A model generated the notes under the pieces. That model made no database searches. It saw nothing but the letters and a program-made list of their open reading frames with translations, and was not told where the DNA came from. The position numbers were made by a program, and so were the translations under genes. From a candidate division WOR-3 bacterium (lineage in GTDB: Bacteria; Hydrothermota; Tepidihabitantia; SM23-42; JAOAFX01), in assembly GCA_026416055.1 (NCBI GenBank), contig JAOAFX010000003.1:589-64588 (forward strand): a stretch of DNA of 64,000 nt, in the 5' to 3' direction. Every line of letters begins with the position of its first letter. The stretch's first letter is position 1. Below are positions 37,671 through 48,700 of this stretch, piece after piece.

Positions 37671-38290
37671 TTTTACCCCCTTTGAGTGGATTATAAATAT
37701 AATTCCTGAACTGTCAAGATTCTTTCAAATCTTCCTACCATACCCATCCCATCCTGTAAACAACAATCGCCATCAATCCCTGACTACTCTCCACTTTCTT
37801 AGTTTAATGGTTTTCTGTTTTCCTGCAAGAGCGACTTCCCAGTCGCGATAATATCATTCCCAATTTATAAGAGCAACTTCCAAACTGATAATAACCCTGT
37901 TTCATCCATTGACAAAGGGGATTTTCAGCACGCAGACCCGTCATCACCTCGAGGATATTGAGCAAACCTGAAGGTTGCGACTACATATCTTGAGTGCGTT
38001 TCCGCTATTTAATAAGGCAGATTTTACCCTGCAAAAATTGAATTTAGTCTATTAATCGATATTCCGCATTTCAACTGCAGACCAGAGTCTACCACTACAA
38101 TTGGAATGGGTGTTGTTTTTATAATTATCTCAATTTCTTTTTTTAAAGGGAAGCCGGAAGAATAGTGGTTCTTTAAACTAAAAATGTCGGCCAATAATTT
38201 ATTTTTCTACCCTTCAATACTCATACACCAAAAATGATATTCTTGATTTTTCAGTTCATGAAAAGAGGGGGAAGTCAGCCTCAATCACTA

Positions 38291-38338
38291 TTGACATTTG
38301 CCATTTTCTGGATATAATGACTGACTGGTCAGTCATTA
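38291..38338 (+). promoter_or_regulatory. TetR-gene promoter with overlapping 24-bp palindromic operator
   Basis: TTGACA (38291-38296), a 16-nt spacer and TATAAT (38313-38318) are present. The palindrome TAATGACTGAC-tg-GTCAGTCATTA (38315-38338) overlaps the -10 and the predicted +1. Confidence 0.6.
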
Positions 38339-38373
38339 TAAACTTTTTAATAGATAAGGAGTCTAAATAAGTT

Positions 38374-38964
38374 ATGAAGAAAGAAATCCGTCAGAGAATT
38401 ATGGAAACTGCGATAACGATTTTTGCCCGAAAAGGTTTTTTTCAAACAACGGTTGATGATATTGCCCGTTCATCGAAAGTTGCCAAAGGAACTATATATC
38501 TTTATTTCAGAGATAAATCGGATATTTATATAAGTATAATCGAAGAACAACTTAATTCTGCGCTCAGGGATGTGCAAAAAGTAAACAAGGAAAATTTGAA
38601 AAGCAGTGAGAAATTAAAAAAGATTGCTGAAGACTGGCTACTGCATTCAGTTGAATTTCATAAGTTTTTTCCGGTGATTTCAATGGAGAATATCAATCAG
38701 GTTCTGAAAATAATGAAGGAAATTAAACCCAGGGTATTCCCGGTGATCGGTCAAATAATTTCAGCAGTTGCTAATATAATAGAGACCGGAATAAAAAATG
38801 GAGAGTTTCGCAAGATAAATACACGGATTGCAGCAATCTGTTTTCTCAATATTATGAGGGCACCGCTTTTACTAAGTCTATTCACTACTGAAAAGATAAA
38901 ATCAACTGAAGAAATCCTTGATTTATTTTTTGATGGCTTGAAAAATAGAAAGGAGTTGAGATGA
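38374..38964 (+). CDS. TetR/AcrR-family transcriptional repressor
   Basis: AAGGAG is present as SD. The HTH is TVDDIARSSKVAKGTIYLYFRDK. Confidence 0.85.
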   Translation: MKKEIRQRIMETAITIFARKGFFQTTVDDIARSSKVAKGTIYLYFRDKSDIYISIIEEQLNSALRDVQKVNKENLKSSEKLKKIAEDWLLHSVEFHKFFPVISMENINQVLKIMKEIKPRVFPVIGQIISAVANIIETGIKNGEFRKINTRIAAICFLNIMRAPLLLSLFTTEKIKSTEEILDLFFDGLKNRKELR

Positions 38965-39551
38965 ATTTATTAGTTTTACCGATACTCTATTGTGGGATTT
39001 TAAATCCCCGATTGGATGCAAGGCAAATTTTTATCAGTCCCACCTATTCTAACTATCTTCTTTATCAGGACAGCGATGAAGAGCCTAAGGGGAAATGGCA
39101 ATGGGGTATCCAGGTAGGTGTAGCAAATCTAATTCCTAAACTGGGAATTGAGTTTTCTGGTGCTTTAATAAGATACGATGCACCTCCTGAACAAGGACCA
39201 TATGCATACAAGTACACACCATTGACTTTTACCATAAATTTCAATATTTTACCTTTCCTCAAAACCAGTTTGATACAGATGTACATAAAAACGGGCTTTG
39301 GCCTGTATCTATGGCAGGGTCTTTTCAACAACCAGGTTATTACTTTACCCACCGGTGATAAAATGGATGAAAAGGATCTGGGTTTCACAGGTGGCATGGA
39401 ATTCCAGATAAAACCACTTGATAATCTGGCAATATTTTCCCATCTTCAGTATCACTACCTGACGAGTTCCAACATCTACAAATACGGCTATTTTGATAAA
39501 GATGAAAAATTCTTTGTCAATGGCTTCGGTTTAAAAATCTTTGTTCCATAA
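38961..39551 (+). CDS. hypothetical outer-membrane beta-barrel-like protein
   Basis: It overlaps the TetR stop (ATGA). Composition is beta-rich and amphipathic. No family was recognised. Confidence 0.4.
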   Translation: MNLLVLPILYCGILNPRLDARQIFISPTYSNYLLYQDSDEEPKGKWQWGIQVGVANLIPKLGIEFSGALIRYDAPPEQGPYAYKYTPLTFTINFNILPFLKTSLIQMYIKTGFGLYLWQGLFNNQVITLPTGDKMDEKDLGFTGGMEFQIKPLDNLAIFSHLQYHYLTSSNIYKYGYFDKDEKFFVNGFGLKIFVP

Positions 39552-39615
39552 AGGTCAGGATGTCTATTTATCGGAAATTGTTCGGAATTCGAAGTTTTTC
39601 CAATAAGGAGGTTTG

Positions 39616-40884
39616 ATGGCAGGAGCACTGATTTTTATTTATATTTTTAACATCGCTGACACATTGCAATTTACCATTAATGAAGCGATTGAATATGCGT
39701 ATAACAACAATGCCGAGGTGAGACAACTTGTGATAGAGTTAAATAAATCAAGTGTTGATATCGGCATTGCCCGTTCAGCATTCTATCCAGTGGTGACTTC
39801 AACCGGTTATTACGCATACCTAAGTGAGTTGTCCATTTTCCAGATGGATACAATCGCCATTCCAATGGGCCAGCATGAGAATTATAATTTCCAGGTTTCA
39901 CTCCAGCAGGTTTTATTTGCATGGGGGAAAATATACGATGCCTACCGCATTGCCGGACTTAATCGGGATATTGCTGAGCTGAAATTGGTTAGAAAAAAAC
40001 AGGAAGTCCGTTGTTCAGTAATAAAATCATACTACGGACTCCTTGTTTTAGAAAAGATGGTTGAACTTACAAAAGAAAGCATGGAACAGTTGAAACGACA
40101 TGAAGAATCAGTGAGAAAAAGATATGAAGCAGGACTTGTTTCCCAGTTTGATTTACTCCGTGCACGGGTGCAGGTAGCAAATCTGAAACCGCGATTGATT
40201 GAAGCAGAAAATGGCTTGAGACTGGCGCGTGAGGGATTTAAAATACTCTTAGGATTACCCCAGGAAATAGAATTCAAATTAATAGATTCACTTGAAATAA
40301 CTGAAGAAGATTTTGACCTTGAATTCCTCAAGGAAGAAGCATTAAAAAATCGCGCCGAGCTGAAAAACTTAGAAAAGTTAAAAAAAATTAGCACACTTGC
40401 AAAAACAATCAAGGCACGGGCAAATCTACCCACGCTTTTTGCAGGTGTGAGTTACGAGCGCAAAAAGCCATTCAGCTTCGGAGGTAACGACTGGGGTTCA
40501 AGCCTTACTTTTAACATCGGATTCCAGTTTCCGATTTTCAGTGGATATAAAAATTTGTATGATTATGATAAATCAAAACTACAATTAAAGGAAGTGGAAC
40601 TTGCCTATGAAAACCTCACAAAGGGTATCATCCTTGAAGTGAAGCAATCTTATTTCAATCTCAATTCTGCAAGAGAGGAAATCGTTGCTGCAAAAGAAAA
40701 TATTACCCAGGCAGAAAAAGCATTGAATATTATGGAAACCAGATATAAAAACGGACTGGCAACGAATCTCGAATATCTTGATACCCAGTTAGCGACGATG
40801 CAGGCGAAGATAAATTATCTCAATGCCCTAAAGGATTATCTGAGCGCCCGTGCAGATTTAATCAGGGCTGTGGGATATGATTAA
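39616..40884 (+). CDS. TolC-family outer-membrane efflux protein
   Basis: The ATG is preceded by AAGGAGG. There are two OEP repeats. The track start at 39613 is a TTG. Confidence 0.8.
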   Translation: MAGALIFIYIFNIADTLQFTINEAIEYAYNNNAEVRQLVIELNKSSVDIGIARSAFYPVVTSTGYYAYLSELSIFQMDTIAIPMGQHENYNFQVSLQQVLFAWGKIYDAYRIAGLNRDIAELKLVRKKQEVRCSVIKSYYGLLVLEKMVELTKESMEQLKRHEESVRKRYEAGLVSQFDLLRARVQVANLKPRLIEAENGLRLAREGFKILLGLPQEIEFKLIDSLEITEEDFDLEFLKEEALKNRAELKNLEKLKKISTLAKTIKARANLPTLFAGVSYERKKPFSFGGNDWGSSLTFNIGFQFPIFSGYKNLYDYDKSKLQLKEVELAYENLTKGIILEVKQSYFNLNSAREEIVAAKENITQAEKALNIMETRYKNGLATNLEYLDTQLATMQAKINYLNALKDYLSARADLIRAVGYD

Positions 40885-40966
40885 AATAATAGGGTCAGAT
40901 GATACTCAAGCAAATAATAAATGGCCTGTGGATTTGAATTCAGTACCTTATTATAGGAGGTAATAA

Positions 40967-41848
40967 ATGAAAAAATTCTTGATAATTATCATCATAATCC
41001 TTGTTATCGGGATTGCATTAAGACTCACCCTTGTCAAGAGTCGTGGCAGTGTGAGTGTTGAAAAAACCCCTATTTCAGTAGAAGTGGTCAGGGTGACAAG
41101 GGATGATGTAAAAAAGACCTGTTCAATTGTCGGTATGATTATTGCTGATAAAACAATTCAGGTCTTTCCTGAGGCAGTGGGGCGGGTGACAAAAATATTT
41201 GTTAGAGAAGGCAACTATGTTCACAAAGGTGACAAAATCATCTCACTAAAAAATGAAACAGTCGGCTTTGAATTTGAAGAAGCGTTCGTTACTGCTCCTA
41301 TCTCTGGTACCATCGCAAAAATTCTTGTCGATATTGGCTCAACGGTTGCTCCCCAGGTTCCAGTAGCGATGATTGTTGATGTCTCAAGAATAAAAGTAAA
41401 CTTCAACGCTCCGGAAATAGAAGCACAGTGTTTTCGTGTGAATACACCAATCACTATAAAGCTCGATGCGATTCCGGAAAAAGATTTTAAGGGTTACATA
41501 AGCGAAATCAGCCCTGTCGTCGATCCGATCACCAAGACGGTCGGAGTGAAGGGTGTTGTTGAAAGTGGCGGTGTCAGTTTAAAACCCGGAATGACCGCAA
41601 GGATTTCAATCAAACTGAATGAGAAAAAAGGAGTTATTGCCGTTTCCCAGGATGCACTTATTGATAACACAGTATTTGTAGTAAGGCAGGATAGCACTGC
41701 AGAACGAAGACCGGTAAAGATTGGTCTTGTTGGTGACGATCTGGTAGAGATAACTGAAGGATTGAACGAAAATGAGATGGTAATTGTTATGGGTCAGCAA
41801 CGCCTGGCAGGTGGTGAAAAGGTCATTCCGATTGTGAGGGCGAGATGA
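40967..41848 (+). CDS. RND efflux periplasmic adaptor (membrane fusion protein)
   Basis: AGGAGG is present as SD. There is an N-terminal TM anchor and HlyD-like barrel-sandwich/lipoyl motifs. Confidence 0.8.
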   Translation: MKKFLIIIIIILVIGIALRLTLVKSRGSVSVEKTPISVEVVRVTRDDVKKTCSIVGMIIADKTIQVFPEAVGRVTKIFVREGNYVHKGDKIISLKNETVGFEFEEAFVTAPISGTIAKILVDIGSTVAPQVPVAMIVDVSRIKVNFNAPEIEAQCFRVNTPITIKLDAIPEKDFKGYISEISPVVDPITKTVGVKGVVESGGVSLKPGMTARISIKLNEKKGVIAVSQDALIDNTVFVVRQDSTAERRPVKIGLVGDDLVEITEGLNENEMVIVMGQQRLAGGEKVIPIVRAR

Positions 41849-44769
41849 AAATCACGGAAGTTTCAGTAAAAAGACCGTATGCTATTTCAATGGTTTTTAT
41901 AGGATTGTTTGTCTTCGGTATTATCTCCCTCACCAAATTGCCGGTCGATCTATTTCCTAATATCACCCTGCCGATGATGGTTGTGATGACCAATTATCCA
42001 GGTGCCGGACCCCAGGAGGTAGAAAATCAGTTGACCCAGCCATTTGAAAAGATTTTAGGCACACTCAATAATCTTGAAAAAATCACCTCAACCTCCTCGG
42101 AGAATTCCTCTATAATCATGCTCCAGTTCACCTGGGGAACCGACCTCGATGCTGCAGCAAATGATGTGCGTGACCGACTGGGATTGATTTTGCCCTATAT
42201 ACCCGAAGATGCCCAGCAGCCAATGATATTCAAATTTGATATTTCACAACAGCCAGTCGTGCTTTACAGCATAAAAGGAAATATCGATCCCCTTGAACTT
42301 GACCGCATCGGTGAGGATATTGCTGACAGATTGCAACGTGTTGGTGGTGTTGCGGCCTCATTTGTGGAAAGTGGTGTTTTGAATGAAGTTCAGATTCTTT
42401 TTGACTATGATAAACTCGTTGGGCTCGGAATAAGCCCGGAACAGGTTCTTAATATTCTGCGTGCCCAGAATATAAACTATCCCCTTGGTAGAGTTGAATC
42501 CGGAACCAAGGTATATACTTTGCGGGTCATTGGTGAATATAAAAATTTAGATGAAATACGCAAGACCGTTATTGGGAACAAGAATGGTATCCCTATCTTA
42601 CTGGAGCAAGTTGCTGAAGTGAAACTTGGGCCATCCGAAGTGACTTCAATAACCAGGACCAATCGCGTGAATGCTATATATGGATTCATCCAGAAAAGGA
42701 CTAACGCCAATACCGTAAGGGTTTGTAATGATGTAGTAAAAGAAATAGAAAACATCAAAAAAGAATTACCTGCAGGGGTAAGCATAGATGTCTTCTTCAA
42801 TCAGGCTGACTTCATAAATCGTTCAATCAGAAGCACAGCAGATACACTGGTCATCGGCGCCATTCTTGCGATGTTTATTCTATTTCTTTTCTTAGGTAAT
42901 TTCCGCGCCGCCCTTATTATTGGCATTTCACTTCCTATCACTGTCTTCTTTGCGGTATTTATGATGTTCATCTTCAATATGACAATCAATATGATTTCCC
43001 TTGGTGGTTTGACGATTGCAATCGGTATGGTCGTGGATTGTGCAATTGTAGTATTTGAAGCAATCTACCGGCACCGGCGTGAAAAAGGAGAAGAACCGGA
43101 TCTGGCTTCCATCCTTGGAACAAAGGAAGTAGGTATGGCAATAACGGCATCAACGATGACAACGATTGCAGTATTTCTGCCCTTACTTCTGGTGCGTGGC
43201 TTTGCTTCAATATTTTTCAGCCAGATTGCCTGGACAATTACTTTCGCCCTTGCATCATCCCTACTCGTTGCAGTGACGATTGTACCGATGATGATGGCAA
43301 AAGTTTTGAGATTTAAAAAAGAATTGAGCCGCACCGAATCATTCTTTCAGGGGATATACCAGAATATTGAAAATTTCTATTTAAGGATCATTCGCTGGGC
43401 ACTGAATCACCGACTTGCAGTAATCTCAGGAACGGTGATACTATTTGTTGTTAGCCTCCTGCTTTTATTCTTCATCGGCGCGGAACTCTCACCAACTCCA
43501 GACCGGGGCGAAATTCAAATTGAAGCAGAGATGCCGGTCGGCACCAACCTTGCCACAACCGATTCTGCAATATTAAAACTTGAAGATATTCTCATGAAAG
43601 AAATTCCAGAAATGGAGAATACCTTTATTACCATCGGCTCGGGCACCGGTCTAACAGCATTATTTGGTGGTGGTACTGGAACCCATGTTGCAACGATATG
43701 GATTGGACTTGTAGATAGAGAAAAAAGGACGCGTTCGGTAAAAGAAATTCAACAGGCAATAAGACCTAAATTAAGTTCAATTCCTGGATTGGTGACACGT
43801 TTTACATCTGATGAATCTTTTATCTTCGGTTTTGGGAAGCCAATAGAGATAAAGTTAATCGGTTATGACCTGAATAAAGCAAAGGCACTTTCTGATGAAA
43901 TTATGGAAAAATTAAAAAAGGTAAAAGGGCTCGTAGACCTCCGGTCAGATTTGAGTCAGGGCAAACCCGAAATTCAATTTATTGTAGACAGGCAGAAGGC
44001 AATGCAATTTGGACTTACCCCCTATCAGATTGGTATGGCATTGCGGAGCCAGATTGAAGGAACGGTAGCAAGCCAGTATCGTATTGAAGGTAATGAATAT
44101 GATATAAAAATCACACTTAAGAAAGAATATAAAGATACGCCTCAGAAGATTAAATCACTTGCGATTGCAACACCGGTCGGAGTTGTGCCTTTAAAAAACT
44201 TTTTGATCGATACCATAACAATTGGACCCGCAAAGATTGAACATGAGAACACATTCCGGGTGGTTAAAATCAGCGGTAATGTCGAAGGAAGGGACCAGAA
44301 TAGTGTCGCACGGGATGTGCAGAGGATTTTGAAAGAAGAAATAGTCGTTCCCCCTGGATTTAAGATTGAGATGGGTGGCGGATTTAAAGAGATGCAGACA
44401 ACATTCAGGGACATCACCTGGGTCATCATCCTGGCCGTTTTTCTTGTTTATATCATCATGGTCGGACAGTTTGAGTCTCTTAAAGAACCATTCATCATTA
44501 TGTTTTCCATTCCCCTTGCGATCATCGGTGTCTTATGGATTCTTTTCTTCACAAACACTACAATAAACATGCAGAGTCTGATGGGGCTACTCTTGCTTGC
44601 TGGAATTGTAGTAAACAATGCTATCGTCTATGTTGATTATACAAATCAGCTACGTCGTAAACAAAATATGCCACTCTTTGATGCCCTGATTGAAGCAGGA
44701 AGGGTGAGATTGAGACCGATTCTGATGACTGCACTCACCACGATATTTGGTTTGATTGCTATGGCATAA
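41845..44769 (+). CDS. RND efflux permease (AcrB family), interrupted by an in-frame TAA
   Basis: AcrB-like architecture is present. The TAA at 44767-44769 is followed in the same frame by the conserved RND C-terminus GIGARSEIRAPMARSVIGGLLFSTFLTLVFIPTFYLII, which runs to the natural stop at 44904. Confidence 0.8.
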   Translation: MKITEVSVKRPYAISMVFIGLFVFGIISLTKLPVDLFPNITLPMMVVMTNYPGAGPQEVENQLTQPFEKILGTLNNLEKITSTSSENSSIIMLQFTWGTDLDAAANDVRDRLGLILPYIPEDAQQPMIFKFDISQQPVVLYSIKGNIDPLELDRIGEDIADRLQRVGGVAASFVESGVLNEVQILFDYDKLVGLGISPEQVLNILRAQNINYPLGRVESGTKVYTLRVIGEYKNLDEIRKTVIGNKNGIPILLEQVAEVKLGPSEVTSITRTNRVNAIYGFIQKRTNANTVRVCNDVVKEIENIKKELPAGVSIDVFFNQADFINRSIRSTADTLVIGAILAMFILFLFLGNFRAALIIGISLPITVFFAVFMMFIFNMTINMISLGGLTIAIGMVVDCAIVVFEAIYRHRREKGEEPDLASILGTKEVGMAITASTMTTIAVFLPLLLVRGFASIFFSQIAWTITFALASSLLVAVTIVPMMMAKVLRFKKELSRTESFFQGIYQNIENFYLRIIRWALNHRLAVISGTVILFVVSLLLLFFIGAELSPTPDRGEIQIEAEMPVGTNLATTDSAILKLEDILMKEIPEMENTFITIGSGTGLTALFGGGTGTHVATIWIGLVDREKRTRSVKEIQQAIRPKLSSIPGLVTRFTSDESFIFGFGKPIEIKLIGYDLNKAKALSDEIMEKLKKVKGLVDLRSDLSQGKPEIQFIVDRQKAMQFGLTPYQIGMALRSQIEGTVASQYRIEGNEYDIKITLKKEYKDTPQKIKSLAIATPVGVVPLKNFLIDTITIGPAKIEHENTFRVVKISGNVEGRDQNSVARDVQRILKEEIVVPPGFKIEMGGGFKEMQTTFRDITWVIILAVFLVYIIMVGQFESLKEPFIIMFSIPLAIIGVLWILFFTNTTINMQSLMGLLLLAGIVVNNAIVYVDYTNQLRRKQNMPLFDALIEAGRVRLRPILMTALTTIFGLIAMA

Positions 44770-44917
44770 GGCATTGGTGCGAGAAGCGAAATCCGCGCAC
44801 CGATGGCGCGTTCTGTCATAGGCGGTCTTTTGTTTTCAACATTTCTTACTCTGGTCTTTATTCCGACGTTCTATCTAATAATTGAAAAGAAAAAAGAAAA
44901 TTAACAGGGAGCAATCT

Positions 44918-45787
44918 ATGAAAATAATGTTAATAATTCCAGTAATCCTGCTCACTTTTTTTATAGGATGCAAGGGTAAAGAGACAAAGGCTATTGAAAC
45001 GATACCAAATGTAAAAAGTATTGTAGTAAAGGATACAACTATCCCCGTGGTGGTTGATGTTGTCGGCAAAATTATTCCAAAGAGTTCAGTTACTGTCTTT
45101 TCACAGATTCCTGGCAAAGTTGAAAAAATTTTCGTTCAGGAAGGAGATACGGTATATATAAATCAAACACTGGCAAATGTCATTCAAGAAATACCAGGAA
45201 GTGAATACAAACCTTACTCAGTTAAATCACCGATAAAAGGCATTGTACTAAAATCTATGGTTGATGTTGGCAGGACAATCAATCCCCAGACGCCTTTGTT
45301 TGAAATAGGTGATGTTGGCTGTCTCAATTTTAAAGGGCAAGTTTTTGGTGAAGAAAGATTTGTAGTGAAGGTCGGCCAGCGCATCGCCATCACTAATGAC
45401 CAGAAGGATACTTTAGCAGTTGTAAAGATAAATTTCATATCACCACAGGTTGATCCTGTGACTGGTGGTGTTACCGTTGAAACCCAGGTCTGCAGATTGT
45501 CACCTAAGAATGCCCATTTAATAATCAACCAGACCATGAATGGCCATATCATTGTATCTACACGTCAGGGTAAGATTATTCCAAGAAAATCAGTAGTTAA
45601 CCTATCAGATAAAGGCACAGGTGTATTCAAGATTGAAAACGACAAAGCGGTCTTTGTTCCGATACAGATCATCTCCCGTTCTGAAGAATATTTTTTAGTT
45701 AGCGGCTTAAACGAAAACGATTTAATTGTACGTGATGGTGCTGAAAAATTAAACGATGGTCAGCAAATACGATTAATAAAAGAATAA
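44918..45787 (+). CDS. RND efflux periplasmic adaptor lipoprotein (second MFP)
   Basis: GGGAG precedes the internal ATG. The N-terminus is MKIMLIIPVILLTFFIGC with a lipobox. It is HlyD-like. Confidence 0.75.
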   Translation: MKIMLIIPVILLTFFIGCKGKETKAIETIPNVKSIVVKDTTIPVVVDVVGKIIPKSSVTVFSQIPGKVEKIFVQEGDTVYINQTLANVIQEIPGSEYKPYSVKSPIKGIVLKSMVDVGRTINPQTPLFEIGDVGCLNFKGQVFGEERFVVKVGQRIAITNDQKDTLAVVKINFISPQVDPVTGGVTVETQVCRLSPKNAHLIINQTMNGHIIVSTRQGKIIPRKSVVNLSDKGTGVFKIENDKAVFVPIQIISRSEEYFLVSGLNENDLIVRDGAEKLNDGQQIRLIKE

Positions 45788-45789
45788 AA

Positions 45790-48700
45790 ATGAATGTGAT
45801 TCGTTATTTTATCCAGCGTTATGTGGGGACACTTCTGATCACTTCTGTCCTTGTAATCATAGGAATAATAAGTTTCCAATCTTTACCTGTATCTTATTAT
45901 CCACAGTTTTCGGTTCCTGCTGCTATAATAATAACTGCCTATCCTGGTGCCAGTCCTGAGATTGTAGAAAACGACGTGACCAAGCCGATTGAAGAAGCTA
46001 TTTCGACTATATCAGGTGTTGACCAGATAACTTCTACGAGTCGCGAAGGGTTTTCGCAGATAATTGTTAATTATGCCTTTGGTGTGAGTATTGATAAGAA
46101 ACAACGCGAGATTCAGGAAAAGATTGACTTAATAAAAGGGCAGTTACCCAGGAATGCATCAACGCCATCAATTACTACAATCAACAACATTTTGCCACCA
46201 CCGGTTGAACTTTCTATAACTTCTGATACCAGAGACCTTGCCGAATTGAAAGAATTTGTTGAGAAAAGAATTTCTCCTGCAATTGCCAGGTTGCCTGGTG
46301 TAGCAAATGTAAAAGTTACCGGCGGTATAGATGAAATCATCAGGGTTGAAATTGATCCAATCCGTTTATATGAAACAGGAATAGGATTGAACCAGATTGC
46401 TTATGCCTTGAGTGCTGGTAATATCGATTATCCCGTCGGTGAAGTAAAAAGTGGTCAATATCTTTTTTCTCTGCGGCTTAAAGGCAATTATCAAACAATT
46501 GAGGATATTAAAAATGAATATATCACTGTAGCAGGTGGCAGAAGCATAAGGGTGGGCGATATCGCAAAGGTTTATAGCATTGAAAAAACGCAGACCCGAT
46601 TTGCCCGTTTAAATCTCAAAGATGCAGTGGGGATCCTCGTAAGAAAACCAAGCAATGGCAATTCGGTTCAAGTTGCTCGGTCTGTAAAAAAATGGCTTAA
46701 AGAAAATGAAACTAAATTACCATCGGATATAAAAATTCAGATTATTAAAGATGAATCAAATACAATATTGAATGCCATTAGGGATGTTATAATTTCTGGG
46801 CTATTAGGTGCATTGCTTGCATCACTTATTATACTCTTGTTTCTGGGACGTTTCAGAAATGCACTCGTGATAATCATATCAATTCCCATCACGATAATAA
46901 TCACTTTTATTTTTATGAAGGTTTTCAACCTCTCTCTTAATACAATTTCAATTGGTGGTCTATCACTTGCTACTGGACTGATTGTGGATGCTTCAATTGT
47001 GGTGATGGAAAATATCTTTCGTCATCTACGCGATAAAGATTTCCATGGGACAAGACTGGAAATGGTTGTTGAATCTACCAGAGAGGTCGGTCTGGCAATC
47101 AGTGCCGGAGTGATTACGACGATCGTTGTATTTTTACCCCTTGCCTTTACCCAAGGTTTCGCCAAGGTACTCCTTGGTGAACTTGCCTTAACTGTTGTAT
47201 TCTCTCTCTGTATATCTATCATTGTGGCGGTGACAATTGTGCCGATATTCAGTTATTTTTTATTGAAACCCGAACAACCACGATTCCAGTTCAATAGATG
47301 GTTTTTGAATCTTGAATCTAAAATGAAAAATATCTATACAAACTTGCTGAATAGAGTTTTGCAACATCGCCTGATTACCGTACTCATATTTGTCATTTTA
47401 CTGATTATAGGTTTTGTCCTTGCCTCTTTTGTAAAAACAGGGTTGATTGGTGCTACAGATGAAGGTGAGTTTCAAATTGTTCTGGAATATCCCCGTGGCA
47501 CTTCTTTAGAATATTGCAATAATGAAGCATTGAAATTAGAAAAATCGCTTTTAAATTTAAGTGGTGTTTCAAAGGTATCTTCAATCATTGGTGAAGACCC
47601 CTTCTTTAGTACACCCCAGCCTTATAGTGCCACAATCAATGTCTATACTGATAGGAAAAGACCAGTGCGTGCAATTATACCTCTGGCAAAAAAACTACTT
47701 GAATCCTATATCGAACCAACAGTTGTTTTGCGGATTATTGATGCTACAGTAGGAATTAGGCGTGAAGATATTGATATAAATATCTTTGGTGCTAATCTTG
47801 ATACACTCCGTGAACTCGGTGATCGTTTAGTGGCTAAATTAAGAGAAGAGAAAAACTTTTTATATGTTAATAGCAATCTCTCACGTGGTCTACCGGCATT
47901 TGTATTCATACCAAATCGAATGAATCTATCGGCAGCAGGAATTTCGGCGTTTACGCTTGCTCAAATATTGAGGATTGCTAAGTCAGGCGAAGTCGTAACT
48001 ACCTATCGCAAGGATGACAGAGATATCGATGTAGAACTAACTATACTGAATGCAGACAAACTCACCCTTCGTGATATTGGCAATCTGCCGATTGCAACAC
48101 CCCTGGCAGGAGTTGTCCCGCTCAAGAGTTTGGGTGTTCTTCAAGAAGGTGAATCTCCATCTGAAATTGTGCGGATAAATCAACGTCGTTCAGTAAATAT
48201 TACTGGTAGTTTTGCTCCGGGTACAAATTCCCGTGTTAACAGGAAGATTCTTGATGGAATAATAAGGAATTTCAAGTTGCCTGAAGGATATAATATTGAA
48301 CAACGGGGTGCCAATCGAGCAATTGCAGAAAGTTTTAAAACTCTTGGTATTGCCTTGATAATCGCGATCATTCTGGTCTACATGGTACTGGGTGTACAAT
48401 TTAACAGTCTAACATTACCATTTGTTATAATTCTCTCAGTGCCATTTTCTATCACTGGTTTTTTTGCTGGACTTGTGCTTACCGGTAACGAACTCAACCT
48501 CTCCTCTTTTCTTAGTGCAATAATTCTCTCTGGAATAGTTACTGATAATGCAATATTATTGCTCGACTATGTAGTATCAAGAAGAGAAAAGAATGTAGAA
48601 AGAAATAAGGCAATAATTGAAGCAGGCGAAAAAAGATTCAGACCGGTGATGATGACATCATTGACTACGATCTTTGGCTCGCTGTTCCTTGCTTTAAATA

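Noticed and set aside
37878-37891. The 13-mer ATAACCCTGTTTC also occurs near 49349
   Set aside because: A single exact 13-mer repeat across 64 kb on two strands is expected by chance, and the flanks show no extended similarity.
44767-44769. Possible TAA codon reassignment to explain the in-frame stop in RND1
   Set aside because: TAA terminates many well-conserved genes in the window, such as alr at 3137. A nonsense mutation or base-call error is far more likely.
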